Shown here piece after piece: positions 66,608-84,419 of a stretch of DNA of 248,000 nt. The position numbers and the translations under genes were made by a program. The notes beneath the pieces were generated by a model that had not been told where the DNA came from, made no database searches, and was given only the letters and a program-made list of their open reading frames with translations. Location: contig NW_008806277.1 of the NCBI RefSeq assembly GCF_000400465.1, positions 20,001 to 268,000 on the forward strand, in the 5' to 3' direction. Position 1 is the stretch's first letter. The number at the start of each line of letters is the position of its first letter. This DNA is from Wallemia ichthyophaga EXF-994. Its lineage: Eukaryota > Fungi > Basidiomycota.

Positions 66608-68671
66608 TCAGCTCCACGGATTTAGCTCTCTGTAGTCATATAAAACACTATTGAGTGGTGTTTGAGTGGATGTAGATATCGTACTGTTATCATCTTGGTC
66701 ATCTTCATCGTCAATTTCGTATCTATTTTGATATGAATGGCTGTGGCCTGGTATATCCTCCTGCTCATGTTCATTATGCTCCTGATCCTGCTCATTATGG
66801 ACATTATGGACATTGGAGAGACTCTTACGCGTCTGCACGCTCTCCTTAGGCCGCTGGAGGTGAGCGGAAGCTGATGACGCCGACTTGGGCGAGAGGAGTC
66901 GACTAGCCGCGCTCCTTTTGTTTGCGAGAACCTGATCTTCCATATCACGTCTCAAACGCATCTCCTCCTCCCGCGATACGTCTATATGGGGGTAATTGTA
67001 GTCACCGTATGCTGTAGCGTAGTAAGTGTGAGTGTAAGAAATAGCGTCTAAAGACCATCTCCACTCACGCAGTCGCTTCGCCTCAGAATACAATTTATCC
67101 TCTTCAGCTGAAGTTTCTCCGAAACTACACGTCGAGAGGTCGTCGACTGGGCGCTTGCGTCTGCTCGCACTTAAGTTTGCGTTTGCATTTGCAGCTGGCG
67201 AGGAGGTATTGATAGAATTATAGCTGCTGTAGTGGTCGTTAGTCAACCCACTCACTCCTGCTCTATCGCCATCGCCATCGCCATTGCGCACACCGCCGAC
67301 CCAGTATTTCCGAGCACCGCCGCTGGCATAACGCAAACCAGCACCGAGGCGAGTATTGATGGCTCTGCCCTGATGAATCTTGTTCGCTGCGACAGGCTCG
67401 AACTGTCTATAGTCGAACCCGTCGCCCTTGAGCGTCTGGAGGGAATCGATGAAGACATCCTTCATAGCGAACGAGTCCCTGAATGCATATGCCAGCGGGA
67501 GTCGTGAGGAGAGATAAGCGGATTTTGACACATAGTCGCCGCTTGAGAAGGCGAATAGGTGGAGTATTGCGAACAGAGGCATTTCGAAACAGATGAGCAT
67601 ATCACCAATAGCTAGAGAGATATGCTCGTTATCTGTGTATGGTCCGACTAGTTACGCTCGCGTTAGCAAGTTGAGCGTGACAAAAGGAAAAAAAAAAAAC
67701 GCACGTCTCGGAATCGCCCCCACCGCCACAAGGAAGGACACAAGAAGACCTTGCCAAAAAGTGGCAAAAAGAATTCCCTTCACGCATATGAACTTGGGAA
67801 TGGGTCTGAAGCCGCGCAGGTCGTCGTGTACCGTCACCCAGAACATGGCGAGACAGTAGAGTGCAGTACAAATACTGACATTGTATATGAGCTGGACATA
67901 GGTATAACCGGCATTCCAGGCTATGTTTCCGTCATCGTACTTGTCTGTAAGCTTGAGGATGAGGGTAAGGATAGCGAGCAGAGGTTTCACCCAGGCGTAT
68001 TGGAGAATGCCTCTTTTGAGGAAGAGGAAGCTGTGTGCTTACGTGTGGGTGAGCAAAGAGATTTACGAAGCCAAGAAACCTACGATCAGAGACGTCCATT
68101 GAGTCCTGGAAGAAGGTGACCGGGAAAAGGTGCTTGGTGGGCTTGCGGCCGAGGAGAGAAATGATAAGCTGACGTTCACCGCCGCTGAGATGAGTCAGCG
68201 GACAATATTATTCAAAAGCGTCTACTTGCAGGTATTCAACCTGGTATCGGCGTCAGGCGTTAGACGTCATTGTTATCGGTGGAGTGAAACGGGTAAACTT
68301 ACGAGAAGATTAAAGAAACAGTAAATAACGAAAGCCTGTTATAATTAAATATAAACATGTAATCCCAATGTGCCCGACGCACCTCATAAAGATCCCTACC
68401 GACATCGATCCAATACGCAGCATCGAGCGAGAAGAGTGAAATTAGGGACGCGAGAGCGTAAACGGGCAGCCTTAAGAGGAGTGAGATGGGCATGCAACTA
68501 GCGCCACACGCACATGACCAATATCCTCACTGTAAATCTCTGCAGCAGCGGCATACGGTAATTGAGTAAATGCGTCTTAATACCAGCCAGGCTGATAATC
68601 GTGGCGAGCAGTGCAGAAAGCGTACACAGTACAAGGAGCACAGTGGGCAGTTGACTGCCAGATCCTGCCAT
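66608..68671 (-). CDS. OSTalpha/TMEM184 family transporter
   Basis: YRMPLLQRFTVRIL, PKFICVKGILFATFWQG. Confidence 0.9.
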
Positions 68672-68758
68672 TCTAATCTCTATCTTCACGCTGATGACGG
68701 TATGAAACAAACAAGAAGGAAGAAAAATCAAATTATGTGTATGATACGCACAATCACG

Positions 68759-70073
<1,315 letters not shown>

Positions 70074-70161
70074 TGGTGGTGGTGGTGTAAGCGCAACTGA
70101 ATCTTAAATTTTTATAACTAATATCAGCAATAAATACGAGTTTACAATACATGCAGCCATT

Positions 70162-73100
70162 TCATCCAAATGTCTGCGTCCCGCGCTGGGTCCTGAGTGT
70201 TTTACTAGAGTTTGTTAGCGTGAGCGAATGGAAACGGCAACAAATTGACACACCTAATTCTCCAATCATCCTTGCCCTCAAATTTGTTGTAAAGCGGTTC
70301 TACCTTCTCCTCCCTTTTTCGTTTACTAATCTTATTAGAATCTGCAGTCTTGAAGAACGTAGGCGCGACCTCAGTGAGCCACTTGGGCTCTATCGTGATT
70401 ATCTCCCGCATATACTCCCTGCTAGTAAGAACGAGCTCGTGATATATAACCCACTCCGGGCTTCTGTTAAACAGCGAGCTAGATGGGTGTATAGCGACTG
70501 GTGTCCCTTCCACAAGAGTCTTATATCCCTCCGTAGGATCCTTCTTGGCAGCGTGTCTAAAGAAACCGGCTGTGATCGCTCTGCGCACCCTGTTGTAATT
70601 CTTTCCACAGCTAATCACCTCGTGATGGTATCTGTCCATGATCGCTACAAGCTGCTTGCGAACGTCTGCGGCACGCTTTATCGTTCGCGCCTGTATAAAG
70701 TTCTCGAAACACCATGGATTACTAAACCGACTCGCTTCCCATCCGTTGTACACGGCAAGCAGTGTGAGGTGGTCGCCTTCGGGTTGATGGAATTTCGCTT
70801 TCTTCGCGTCGGCTTGTTGTTGCTTTTCTTTCGGACGGTAAAACACATTTTGAGCTTCGAGCATCGCAACGATAGTTAGTATTTCTTTGCTGCATTCCAA
70901 GTCTACACTCGCGATCAACATCTTAGCTCGACTAGGATCCATTGGGAAATCAGCCATTTTGCGACCGAGGCGAGTAAGCAATCCTTCGTCATCTAGAGCC
71001 GATAGCGCATAGAGATTTTCTAGAGCTGTTATCATAGTCTGTGCTGGTGGTGGATCCATGAAATCGAACCCAAGGAGATCGTTAATACCCATTGCCTTGA
71101 GTTGGAGAATAGTATGGGATAAGTTCTGACGTTGAATATCGGGCACAGTGTTAGGAAGCATCTCATTCCTAAATGCCGCCTCTGTGTATAGTCTGTAACA
71201 TTTTCCTGGTCCAGTACGACCTGCTCTACCCGCTCTCTGCCTAGCCTGGGCCTGTGAGATGGGTGTAACGACCAGACTGTCCATACCGAGACGAGGATCG
71301 TAAGCATTCTGCTTGACGAAACCAGGATCAACGACGTAGTAGATACCGTCTATTGTGATAGATGTCTCTGCAATGTTGGTAGCAATGACAACCTTACGTG
71401 CGCCTGGAGGAGCCGGTTCGAAAATTCTGCTTTGCATCTCGGAAGGCAACGATGAATACACCGGGAGAATAATAAGCTCGGGGACTTGATTACCTAGCGC
71501 TTTCATACGTTCGTATAAGATTTCAGCAGCTGTATCGATTTCTTCTTGACCAGTAAGGAATAAAAGTATGTCTCCAGGTGGTTCAGACAGATGGATCTGC
71601 ATCACCGTAATTAACGAGGCTTCCATGTAGTCAGATTCAGGTTCCTTAGTGTACATGATCTCGTAGGGGAATGTACGACCTGGAATAGTGAAGATAGGGC
71701 ACCCATTGAAGTATGTAGAGAACTTTTCGGCATCGAGTGTTGCAGATGTGACGATAAATTTGAGATCAGGACGGCGTTTCATTGTTTCTGTATCTTGTTA
71801 GGTAATTTATTAAGAAGATAAAAATACTCACTCTTGAGCAAACCGAACAGGACATCGGTGGCGATAGTGCGTTCGTGAGCTTCGTCGAGAATAATGACAG
71901 AATAATTTCTCATATCAGGATCGACAAGACACTCCCTCTGGAGCATACCATCAGTCATGTACTTGATTCGCGTCTCAGGACCAGTGCAATCTTCGAATCT
72001 GATAGTGTAGCCGACTTCTTGACCAAGACGACAACCAACTTCCTCCGCTACTCTCTTACTAACGCTCATTGCAGCTACACGTCTTGGTTGGGTACAGCCA
72101 ATCTTACCGTACTCAGCGAAGCCTTCTTCTGCAAGATACTGAGTCATTTGGGTGGTCTTACCTGATCCAGTATCACCAACGACGACGAGTACTTGATTGT
72201 CTCTTACAGCCTGTACCAGCTGCTCCCTCAGCTTATATATTGGCAGCGAAGCTCTCTGTTCTTGGATAGTCTTGTCGGTAATTTTTCCGTATGTAGTTGC
72301 TTTGTTGAACGTTTTGGCCTTCCAGGCAGGTGCGGCAGACGCCTTAACGTTTTGGTCTTGAGCAAATTGCCTATCGCTTGGCTGTGCAAGCGGATCTTGC
72401 CATGCGGATTTGATGTCGTTTTGCTCCGAGTCTTTCTCTTCTTGAGCATCTTGTTGACGAATTTCTCTACGCTCTTTGGCCAAACCAGCGCCTGAGACGG
72501 CGGCTCTGTTCATGGATCCATCTGGAGCCTTGACGATACGCACGGGAGAAAGATCCAAACTAATCTTTGTCTGACCCTTTAAGAAGGAAGGTTCAACGTC
72601 GCGGACTTCGATGTCAACATCTTCGTCTAATTTATTTTGATTGCTACGAATGTTCATAGGGGCATCAAAATCGCGGTCAAGATCTGGGTAATCTGAGGGT
72701 TTTGCGGCGCCAGAAGCGATCAGTTGCTTAATTTCCCAGCGTTCTGGGGAAGTGTAGCGTTTTACGGAACCTCTATAATGATCATCTGGGAAGTGAGCAG
72801 AATGAGTGGAGTGGGTGGAGTGTTTTGAAGATTTAGAAGGTTTTGAAGATCTAGATGAGGATCCTTTACTTGGAGCAAGATGAGGACTGAGGTCATGACC
72901 ATTTGATTGATCAGCGTCTTTTAACGATAAAGACAATCGGTGACCATCAATGGACATGACCTTGACGTAAACGAGCTGATTTCGTCTGAGAAAATCGCGT
73001 GGGTTATTAACTCTACTGTTTGACATTGCGGAAACGTGTACTAAGCCATCAATTCTACTGTTGAAACCGTTTAAGCTGATGAAAGCACCGAAATCTTTGA

Positions 73101-73706
73101 TTGAGTTGACGGTACCTTGGTATATAGAGTAAACTTGAGGAGAAGAGTGGGTAGGAGTCATAGTGGTTGTAGAGGGAGAAGGATCAGGCTGTATTCTAGG
73201 TTTACTAATCTTATCAAAGGAATTGCTATCCGTCCAGTCTTGGTTTGGCTGTGATAAACCTGGGAATACTCTTTGCTGGTCTGGATTTGATTGTGGTTTT
73301 GATTTTGATTTATACTTTGGATGCATGGTAATGATAAGCCTATCGATGGTATTTATCGCAGATTCAGGAAACGAAGCCCCCATTTCATTCAGTTTGCTCT
73401 TGAAAGAGGCCAAGTCTTTCGATTGCTCGTGTATGCTGAGTATGAATTCTGCTAGGACCTGTGGGGGTCGTTAGCGGTGTTTTTGGGAGATCAAGAGAGA
73501 TGGCTGAGTAGAATGGGAGATAATATGTAAGGGATACATCTCCGGGGAGTCCTTTGACGACTCCGTGGACGCCGGAGAGATGAAGGAAAAAGACGAGGCA
73601 GCCACCACAAAAGACCCACCTTATCTTTAATACCAGTATAATTAAACAGCTCTTTTGTAATTTTCTGATTTAGATTTATAATTTCAAGATTTTCTAATTC
73701 GTCCAT
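70162..73706 (-). CDS. PRP22: Splicing helicase Prp22/DHX8 with S1 domain
   Basis: [20 protein letters not shown]. Confidence 0.96.
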
Positions 73707-73744
73707 CTTGATGCAGCTCCTGATGGTTTTGAACAAGAATCGCG

Positions 73745-76264
73745 ATGGCAGAAAGAGTTAAGAATCGCTTAAAACAAAAAACACAAAAGAAGAAGGATTT
73801 TGATTTTTCATTTAACAGCCACAGCCACGGCGACGGCGACGGCGACGACGATCAAGGTGTCAATCACGGTGATGACGCTATTACGCTCCCGAACAAGATT
73901 GAGCATTTGATACACGTAGATGGCCATATGAGTGGTCTCCCGCCTTCCTGGGCCAATCAACTCGCTCAATTGGGCTACTTTGGTGATCTAGATACGCCTG
74001 CTATTAACCAGCATAAGCAGCGGGGGAGCACGCAGCAAAGAGGGCAGCCGAAAAGGCACACAGACCATACACAGCATCCAGGGCGCTCAGGGCACTCAGG
74101 AACCACAGTTCACTCCCGCCAATCCCATCTAAGCATCCCTCAGCTCAACATCGCAGACCAAGACGAGGATTGGTCGAAAGGTGTACTCAAAGCACTCGAG
74201 CGATCTTCACTGGATGACTTCAAAGCAGCTCCTTCCAGACGGTCGTCAGCCGTGAACGTCGAGTCGGGTAAATCCACTCAACTCCACCGCAGGCCAGCCA
74301 CCACAGACACCAACCAACCGCGATACACCGTCCCGCGCTCTTTCGCAGCAGCCCAAGACCAATACCTATCAAACATAGCTATCCGCAAGGAAATAGACGC
74401 CAGCCACGGCATAAACGAGCCACACGCCGCTGATGTTTACGGTGGTATGGAAGAGGAGATTCTCGACTCTCCCCGCGATGTTGATGATGTGGGCGATGTG
74501 GACGTCACTCATTGGGCAATCCCCAACAGCCCCTCTGCCCTCTCTTTCCAACTTTCCCCGCTCCAGATCGATAACCACACCTTTGAGCTGTCTGAAAGCA
74601 CGACAACGCCCCCGCTAATCCCGGCGCACCTGCGCAACTCCGCGAAGCAGGTCGAGACGCGCAAACGTTCGCGATCCTCTCTGATAGCGCTTGATAAGAG
74701 TCGACATGTCTCGACGCTGTCTACACCAGGCTCTGTCGATGGTGATGGTGATGGTGATAACAATATTACAGCGACGTACATGCACGACATGCATGCTGCA
74801 CCCAACCTCGACGACATCGTCCAAGACGATAGCAGCAGTAGTAGTAGTGATGCTATTCATGGGATTGGTGTCATTCCTGGTGATGGCTCTAGACCTAGCC
74901 ATGCTCACAGTCTTAGTGACGATAGTACATTCTCCATCCTCGACGGCGTGCGTGGTGTCGACAATTTCAATGACCCCGACAGTCCTGACAATCATGGTCT
75001 CGGTATCGACGTATATGGTTTGACTAGAGGTGCACAGAGTGAAATAAACACGTTGAGCGCGTTGAACGCGTCGAACGCATCAAGCACATCAAACATTTCG
75101 AGCACTTCAAGCACTTCGACAGCGCGAGTGGGAGCGGAAGAGTCCGTCGCTGATCAACCCATAGCGTTCGATATCCCGCACGCACACCAGTCCAATCTAC
75201 AACTTAATTCGACTGCCACCACTTCCAACTCCAAATCCCCGGCGGATCTATACAAGACATTATCTCAAGACACGGAAGCGGACACAAAATACGCGCTCAC
75301 CCACCTCGTTCCCCTCGCCTCAACAGGCAGCGCCACTGATGCGTACCCACCTGCACAGCGCACGCTGATAGCAACAGGTTTAAGTGGTGATGTGTATGCA
75401 AGTGGGTGCGGAATGCGAGCGCTAAAGGTAGTCCGACGCACCACCGAATCGACACGGCTGCTCAACCTGCAGAACGAGCTATCAATAGTGCGATCAGTGC
75501 CTCACGAAGCCATTTTGCCCATACTGGAACTGTACGTGGGGGAAACGCCTCCACATGCCACGCTCGTCATGCCGCTCATGGCGCGCTCTCTCACTGATAT
75601 CCTTGCTTTGATGGAACACGGGCTAGTGCTGAGTGGAGGTCAAATCGCGCGTGTCGTACAAGATATCCTCTCTGCCCTCGCCGCTCTACATGCCCATCCC
75701 GATCATATCCTCCATCGCGATGTGCGCTCTGACACCATCATGCTGGCGAGCGATGGCAGGAGCGTGCTTACGGATTTCGCTAGCGCCACCCGCTCCCCAG
75801 ATGAGCATGGGTGCTCTGTCGGTGATGTCATATCTGCTCCTTTCTGGCTAGCTCCGGAGTTGTGTGCTGATGGTGGTCGCTATACGCACAAAAGCGATGT
75901 ATGGTCATTAAGTGAGTGCTGAGGACTATTGGAAAGAATCAAAGCATCTTACTCCCTTCTTATAGTCGCAACTACACACGAAATGGTCACCGGATTGCCG
76001 CCATACGCTGAGTATGACGAGTTGGCCTTGTTTCGGAAACTCGCGGGCGGGTTGCCTGATTTGCCCAACGAGGCTTGCAGCTCAGTGAGCGGCTTCATAA
76101 CAAGGAATGCAGTCGTCGATCCAGTCGCTCGGCCGTCGGCGAGGCAATTACTCGATAATGACCCCTTGGTTGGTCATGATAGCCAGGCTAACGTCGCAAA
76201 TAGAGAAGATATTGCCAGCTTATTAGTGCTTGCTAACCAGCTCGAAAGTGAGCCAACCTCATGA
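73745..76264 (+). CDS. CRIB + PAK-like kinase with degenerate catalytic motifs
   Basis: IEHLIHV..GLP CRIB; HRDVRSDT, DFA, PFWLAPE. Confidence 0.7.
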
Positions 76265-76537
76265 GGTTTTTTGTTTCTTCCTTCTATCTCGGAATTTACA
76301 GATAAATAGTGGCTCTGGACGGGCACGCTTCTTGCACCTCGCTTTTCGCTTTCTCACAACTCATCACATACATTGGAAATACCCCCTCTCACACTTTGTA
76401 ATTGTAAAACAATCTTCGCTTTTGAGACACGTTAATTCATTTCGAAAAATCAGGGATATAAACAGAGTGGCTTGTTCAGATGGCTTTGTTTAATCAAACA
76501 TATCCAAACAGCTCCATCCAGGAGCACAACTGCCACC

Positions 76538-77596
76538 TCAGAGCAAGACAGCAATAACTGCAATCACAGCGATAGACCAAGCCGATACGAGTTGGAGAGT
76601 GGCAGCAGCCGAGTCGTCGTCCTGACTCTGGCCCTTGCTTCCTTCATCGCCCTCGTTGCTTGAAGTAGGAGTTGGCTGTTGAGCGGCATTCAAGCTGCTT
76701 TGCGTGCGGCAGTTAGACGAGGAAGGAGTCATCTGGGCCGAGCTAGGCGTAGCCGTATCTCCGATAGTGTAAACAGTCTGCTGGCCCTCCTGTGTAAGAG
76801 TGCCGGTGTATCTCTGGGCGAAACTAGAGAAGCTGTTATCGCCGTCGCCCGCTACGCTGAACATACCAGGAGGGTAAGCAGCGTCAGCGTCACAAGATTG
76901 GAAGACATCCTTCTGTTCGTAGTCGCCGGGCATGATAAACCCGCAACCCATTTCGTCCAGTTTATGTTCGCACATGGTGGCCGCATCCCATGTATCGTTG
77001 CCAGCCGTGCAGACACGCAAGCAGAACTGTTCGTAAGAGATGAACTCCATCCACTCGGCATAGTTCTCATCTGTGCCCGAGACATTCGACGTAACGTTGC
77101 CGCCGATGGGGTTGCCCTCGCCAGTGGCGCCGTGAGGATCGAGCTCACCGCCGTAGTCCGCATCCTGCAGACCGATCTTGGTGAGGTCGCCCCAGCCGAC
77201 TACCTGTACGTAGAAGGGGGTCGTGATGAAGTGCACGCCAGTGAACGTGCCGTCGGGAATCAGACGTGCGTCGTTGCGCGGTTGCGTGCACCACGCTACT
77301 TGCTCCCCTTCTGTGTCACCGATCGTCTTGTTGGCTTCTTTGGGCCCGAATATGCAGAAGTCCTGCGCGTGTCAGACAAGATTTTCACGCTTCAGCCTCA
77401 CTCAACTCACATCAATCGAGTTGACGGAGAGCAGTCGCGCGTTTGAGCCCGCATCGCCAGCTTTCATGGTGGGCGAGGGCGGGTTCGTGCTGCCCATAGT
77501 GCCCGTCGCGAGAACACCGTTCTGGGAGGAGTTGACGTCCTGTGCTGAGACGGCGGTGAGGGAGAGAGCAAGGAGAGCTGCTGAGAGATAGCGCAT
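76538..77596 (-). CDS. Secreted GPI-type mannoprotein (MP88-like)
   Basis: Signal peptide, SYEQFCLRVC, CEH..DEMGC, S/T-rich tail, hydrophobic end. Confidence 0.7.
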
Positions 77597-77893
77597 GTTT
77601 ATAATAGAGTAAGAGAGACGAGAATCAAGTCAGTCAGACTCGATTGACATGCTCAGCTGCGGATCAGCACTACCCGCAGCTTAGTGAAAAAAAGGAAGAA
77701 AACTAAACAGAGTACGCTATTGTAGCGGTGTGGGTGGTGATGAGCTGATGCACAATGTCCTCATGGCCAGGTACACGATAAGGCGGACCCAGTCGAGAAG
77801 TGTCGAGAGCTGTCAGAGTGAGTGCCTAGTAGAGAGGGAGTGAGTGGATATTTATGTCAGTGCGACATTGTGTGTGCCAGTGCGTGCCGCTCT

Positions 77894-79474
77894 ATGTCCG
77901 AACGCGTCTGGCTAGTAATCGACACAAGGTCTATTGAAATTGAAGGGTCACAGGCTAGAAACAACTGAGGGGAGAATTGTGGAAGGCTGCTGAGAAATTA
78001 CAAGCCAACGATGCTGGTAATTTACTTGGAAATACACCGAAAAATCTGCGAATGGGCGATTTGAGGGACATTGCCATAGCAGCACCCCAAAAACGCGTAT
78101 GCGAATTGGATTTCGATTCAAAATGCAGCAACCATGATATTGGTCGTGAGTAAATTGGATTTGGTTGTAATTGGCAGCGAGGGACACAGGATACTCAGGG
78201 CTAAGAGGCATCGCACCGCTGGAGAGCTGTTCGCTGCGTTGGACGAGATACTGTGTACGGCCGACGTGGATTTGTTGTCTGTGGATGGCTACCAGGGCAA
78301 TCAGCTAGACGCCACGCTGTATTTCCCGTCCACGCCACTCCAGCACCACTCGCAGCTCCACAATGCAACATACCTCCGCCAGCGCTACAACAGCCACATT
78401 CGCATACAGCCCAACCTCGACAGGACAGCAGCCCACTTTACCGCTATATCCCCACCTACTAACTCCATACTCGTCGGGCTCGGCCACCACAACCACATCA
78501 TTTTCCAGATACCAAGACATACTACAGCGCGTCTGCCAAAATACACACACGTGCTCCCGCACCCTCTCAACCCCTCCCTCGCCCTGGCATACATTCAGAT
78601 ACGCGACCAGGGTCTCGCACGCTCCTCAATACGCGACGCATACAGCAACGGCAACTGGTCCACCTTCAACAGCCTCGTCAATATAGTCAACATTGGTGGA
78701 TCCGTCGGGCTGGATAACAAGCTGTTCAGTTTCTACTACCCCACGCCTCAAGCGACGCTATCGGGGAGGCTGCAGGGATACTATCGCTATGAGTTGGGCA
78801 CACCGACCAACGAATTTGCAGACCTCCGCGCTAACTCGCGCTGCATCGTCGAATCTCAATTCCTCACTATCAAGCGCTATATCGAGGCATTCGAGCGGAG
78901 CGGTGTGATTGGCCAGGGATGTGCGGTGTATTTGACGGGAGAGCCCACCCAGTCAGGCTCGCTGTGCTCAGCGATAGCCAACATACTCGCCAAGAAGATA
79001 TACCTCCCGCATTCGACCATGTGCGAAAAGAGCACGCAGCACACACTCACCCCGTTGCTTGGCATGGGGCTATATAGCTGGTATAATGTCTTTCAACCAT
79101 CCACAGCCCTCGAGGAGACAGTGAGGTTTAGGAGGAAATCGTATAACCACTCCATCCCCTCACCTACCTCCACTCCCCCACTTACACCCCTCCTCACGCC
79201 TCAGATTGGATATCTCAGCAACCGAAGAGAGAGCGAAAAGAGTAATCTGACGCCGGTCGCCGAGCAGTTTGAACTGCCTACTATCACACCCACCACTATA
79301 TCATTCGAACAGAGGTACCAATTCAGCAGCCTCACTCAGCTCGAATTTGACAACGATCCTTATATCAAACCAGACAGCGATCTTGGATTGATCTATGCTG
79401 CACTTTTATGCGAGCATGAGCGGCTGGAGGCCATCTCTGTGGGAAGCTATGCGAGGAATAGCTGGAATGTGTAG
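77894..79474 (+). CDS. Xylulokinase-like (FGGY) divergent protein
   Basis: GYYRYE, RCIVESQFL; motifs eroded. Confidence 0.5.
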
Positions 79475-79583
79475 TAGGGGCTTCTGGGTGTCTTGGCATG
79501 TCTCACTTTGTTAATAGCTACAATATTATTTTATTCGTCATTAACTTGATCATGCATTCATTAAACATTTGCAGGCATAGCCC

Positions 79584-80046
79584 TCATTGTGTAGTCACCA
79601 CGGAATCCTTCTCAACAAACTCCACAGGCGACTCGCCCTCAAGTGTGCTAACCAGGTTTTGTGGAATGTGGCCAGTGAATGTCTTCATAATCCCATTGCT
79701 GGTGTAAGGGTGTGTCACTTTGCCGCCTAGAGTATATTAAAAATGACGTCATCAGACATGCACTACACACCAGTAGACTCAACCTGGCTGGCGTACTTGT
79801 GGATCTCGTCGTCGGTGGCTGTCTCCTTGAACATGACGATGTATCTGTCGTGTGATTCTGGGTTGTGTGAGTGAGTATGTGGCGTGGCGTATGCGGCCAG
79901 CACCCACCTGCGTTCATTCTGCTTATCTGCTCAGTCGATGGGATTACGATGTTGCGTGTCTGTGTGCTGTGTGTGTATGTGTACAATCCTCCCAGCGTCA
80001 AAGTAATTGTTACGAAAGCAACAGCTATTTTAGTCGAGAGGCGCAT
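79584..80046 (-). CDS. Peptidase inhibitor I9-like protein
   Basis: Spliced IVMFKETATDDEI...VEFVEKDSVVTTQ. Confidence 0.55.
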
Positions 80047-80149
80047 GACTGCTATTGATAACGAAAGGTACGCGTGAAATGAAATTACTTATTTCGAATG
80101 TATAGTGTATCGTGTATCGTGTATCGGGAATAATACACAGTAAACACTC

Positions 80150-81979
<1,830 letters not shown>

Positions 81980-82033
81980 TTATCATTATAGCCATACAAA
82001 TCTATGTATAAAGCGCTAAAGCTACTTGTACAT

Positions 82034-84362
82034 CTACTGCCGAATCTTATCCATCCATTTCATAAATATGTTCTTTTTGCCTGCTTTAGCTGTGCCTGTC
82101 CGTGATGATGGTCTTGCTGCTGCCGTCATAGGCGAGCTGCCAATGTCGTTATCGAGTGCGTTTGCGTTTGTATTTGCATTTGCATTTGCATTCGCGTTCG
82201 TGTTTACGTTTACGTTCGGCGACGGTATCCTCTTCCCCCGTCCACTCTTCTCCCGCTCATACTTTTCCCGCTCGAGCTGCTCTCTCTCTCTACGCACACT
82301 AGCTGCATTCAGCCTCGCGCCAGCGGGCGCAGGCGGCGGCGATATTTGTCCGTTACGCGGGTTCGCGTTGGCTGTGCCGTGACTGACGCTCCTCTCTTTC
82401 ATGAACGTCTCTGACATTCCGCTGGCGAATTGGCCGCTGCTGTGTGGCGGTGTAGGCTTGGTGTCTGCTACACTCTCTGCTGCACTCAGAGACCGCCTCC
82501 TGCTTCGTTTTTCCTCTTGTTTCTGCTTCTGCTGTCTCCCGCCGTTGGGTATCTCGGGTGGTATATCGTGCTCTCCCTTACTTCCACTCGCGTTTCCACT
82601 CCCACTCATGCTTTTCAGCCTCACTTTCCCAAACCAGCTGCTGTCTTTGTCGTATGTGCTCGCAGCATGGCTGGTAGATGGCCTCGCTGTAGATTTGTCC
82701 TTCTTGGCAAAAAGCGATCCTGAGGATATGGGTCGAGATGCTGAGCCTGCGTTGGAATTGTTACTCTTGCTTTTGATGGCGCTACTGTTTCCATTGCCAC
82801 TACCACTCCCCATCCCCACACTGCTTACCCTGTCTGCCCCCAGTCCAAAAGGTATATTGAGTGACTTGCGAGAGCTTTGAGATCCAGTGCGTTTCAGATC
82901 ACCACTTTTATTCTTATCTTTGTCCTTTTCTTTGTCTTTGTCATCCTTACTCTCCTTCTTTTCCTCACTCGCAGTCATAACCTGGTTGAGCTTCGACGTG
83001 CTGTTCACTTTAGAAGCACTGGTGAGTGGGGTGAGGGTGGGTGATGGTGGTGCACTAAAAGACCCTTTCTTCTTCAAGTACGACGCCTTGTTTGACTTGT
83101 CCTTGTCCTCCTCTTCCTCCACCAGCGGCACCTGAGGCGAAGGCTTCTCCGCGAGACCAACACTCCCTCTATCAAGATGGACAGTCTCGTAGAAGAAGAC
83201 ATACCCCTCTCCCGCCGGATCGTTTCCGAAGAATTTACTCAGTTCGTGCTCGTCGACAATCGACACCTTATCGTCGTCGAACAGCACCCATCTGTCATAC
83301 GACTTGATGATAGATACGTAATGGCCGTGGTGTGGGCCGCTGTAGGTGCATTAATGATGATTTTGGTAAGCTCGAGTGCAAATATTTACACACCTGCCGA
83401 TATGGATGATGACTGCAAAGAGACTATACATCCTGTCACTGTTTTCAGCACCCTGGCATGTGCTGCTGAGATTGGCAGGCTCGAGAAGGAACGGGAACGC
83501 AACGCGGTACGACAGTTTGATGTAGCGGTTCTGCTCTTCCTGATATTTGAATCGCTTGAGGTGGAGAGCGAGGATGTTTGGGAGCTTCTTGATACGCATC
83601 CTGAATATAGTACAAGGTGTAAGAGGATGGTTTAAACACTCTAATTAAACACTCTTACCATTTTTCAGCTTCCTGCAATCCTCCACAACCATCGCAGAAG
83701 AATTTGTTCTTCTGGCAGAGCATCTCGCGCGTGCTGAAGTTGCTCAGACACTCTGTGACATTGGAGTCTTCCTCGACGTTGATGCTGAGATCGAGAAACG
83801 ACTCATCGCGGTGGGTAATGTTCTCGCAGGTCATGCATTTCGTTTCATTTGTGAGCGTTCCTTCGAAGAGAGAATGTACGAGCGTGTGGGGGGATTTGGT
83901 GAGGCGCGTAAGATCCTCAGCGACTCTATTGAGAAGATAGTTGAGGAACTCATGCGCATCCTGGTGCGTCGTCGATCTGAACAGCTCATTTTCAATTCGA
84001 AGCCTATCGACAAATGATTTGGTGTGAGATACGCCAGTACGCCTAGGCTGCCTGGATATTTCATGGAAAAGATTACGGAGCACTGTGTACATGCTCCTGT
84101 CTACATCCGACGGCAGCCCCAAAATCAATTCTCTTAACGGGCGACAGAAGTAGAGAGATTGGAGAACTGAATTGCAGTAGCACGTATTGCCCAGATTATC
84201 CATCCCGTAGAATCTCTCGAGGTTTCTGTCTGCAACCTGCTCTGCACTCAGTCGCCGCTCTGTTTTCGGGTCCTTTACCAGCGCTGCATCGAGCTCCCTG
84301 CTGCTGATCCCGCTTTGAAGATCCTTGCTGGCTATTCCAAGCCTCTTGAACAACGAGGTCAT
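82034..84362 (-). CDS. USP deubiquitinase (Ubp9/Ubp13/CreB type)
   Basis: [20 protein letters not shown]. Confidence 0.9.
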
Positions 84363-84419
84363 CCTGTGCGTCGTTTGCCGTGGCTGCTGTGATCTGAGAG
84401 AGATGAATTAAATAAACAA

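Noticed and set aside
80106-80125. Short tandem repeats (gtatcgt x3; also 109126, 115679, 191233)
   Set aside because: These are microsatellite-scale, with no spacers; not CRISPR-like.
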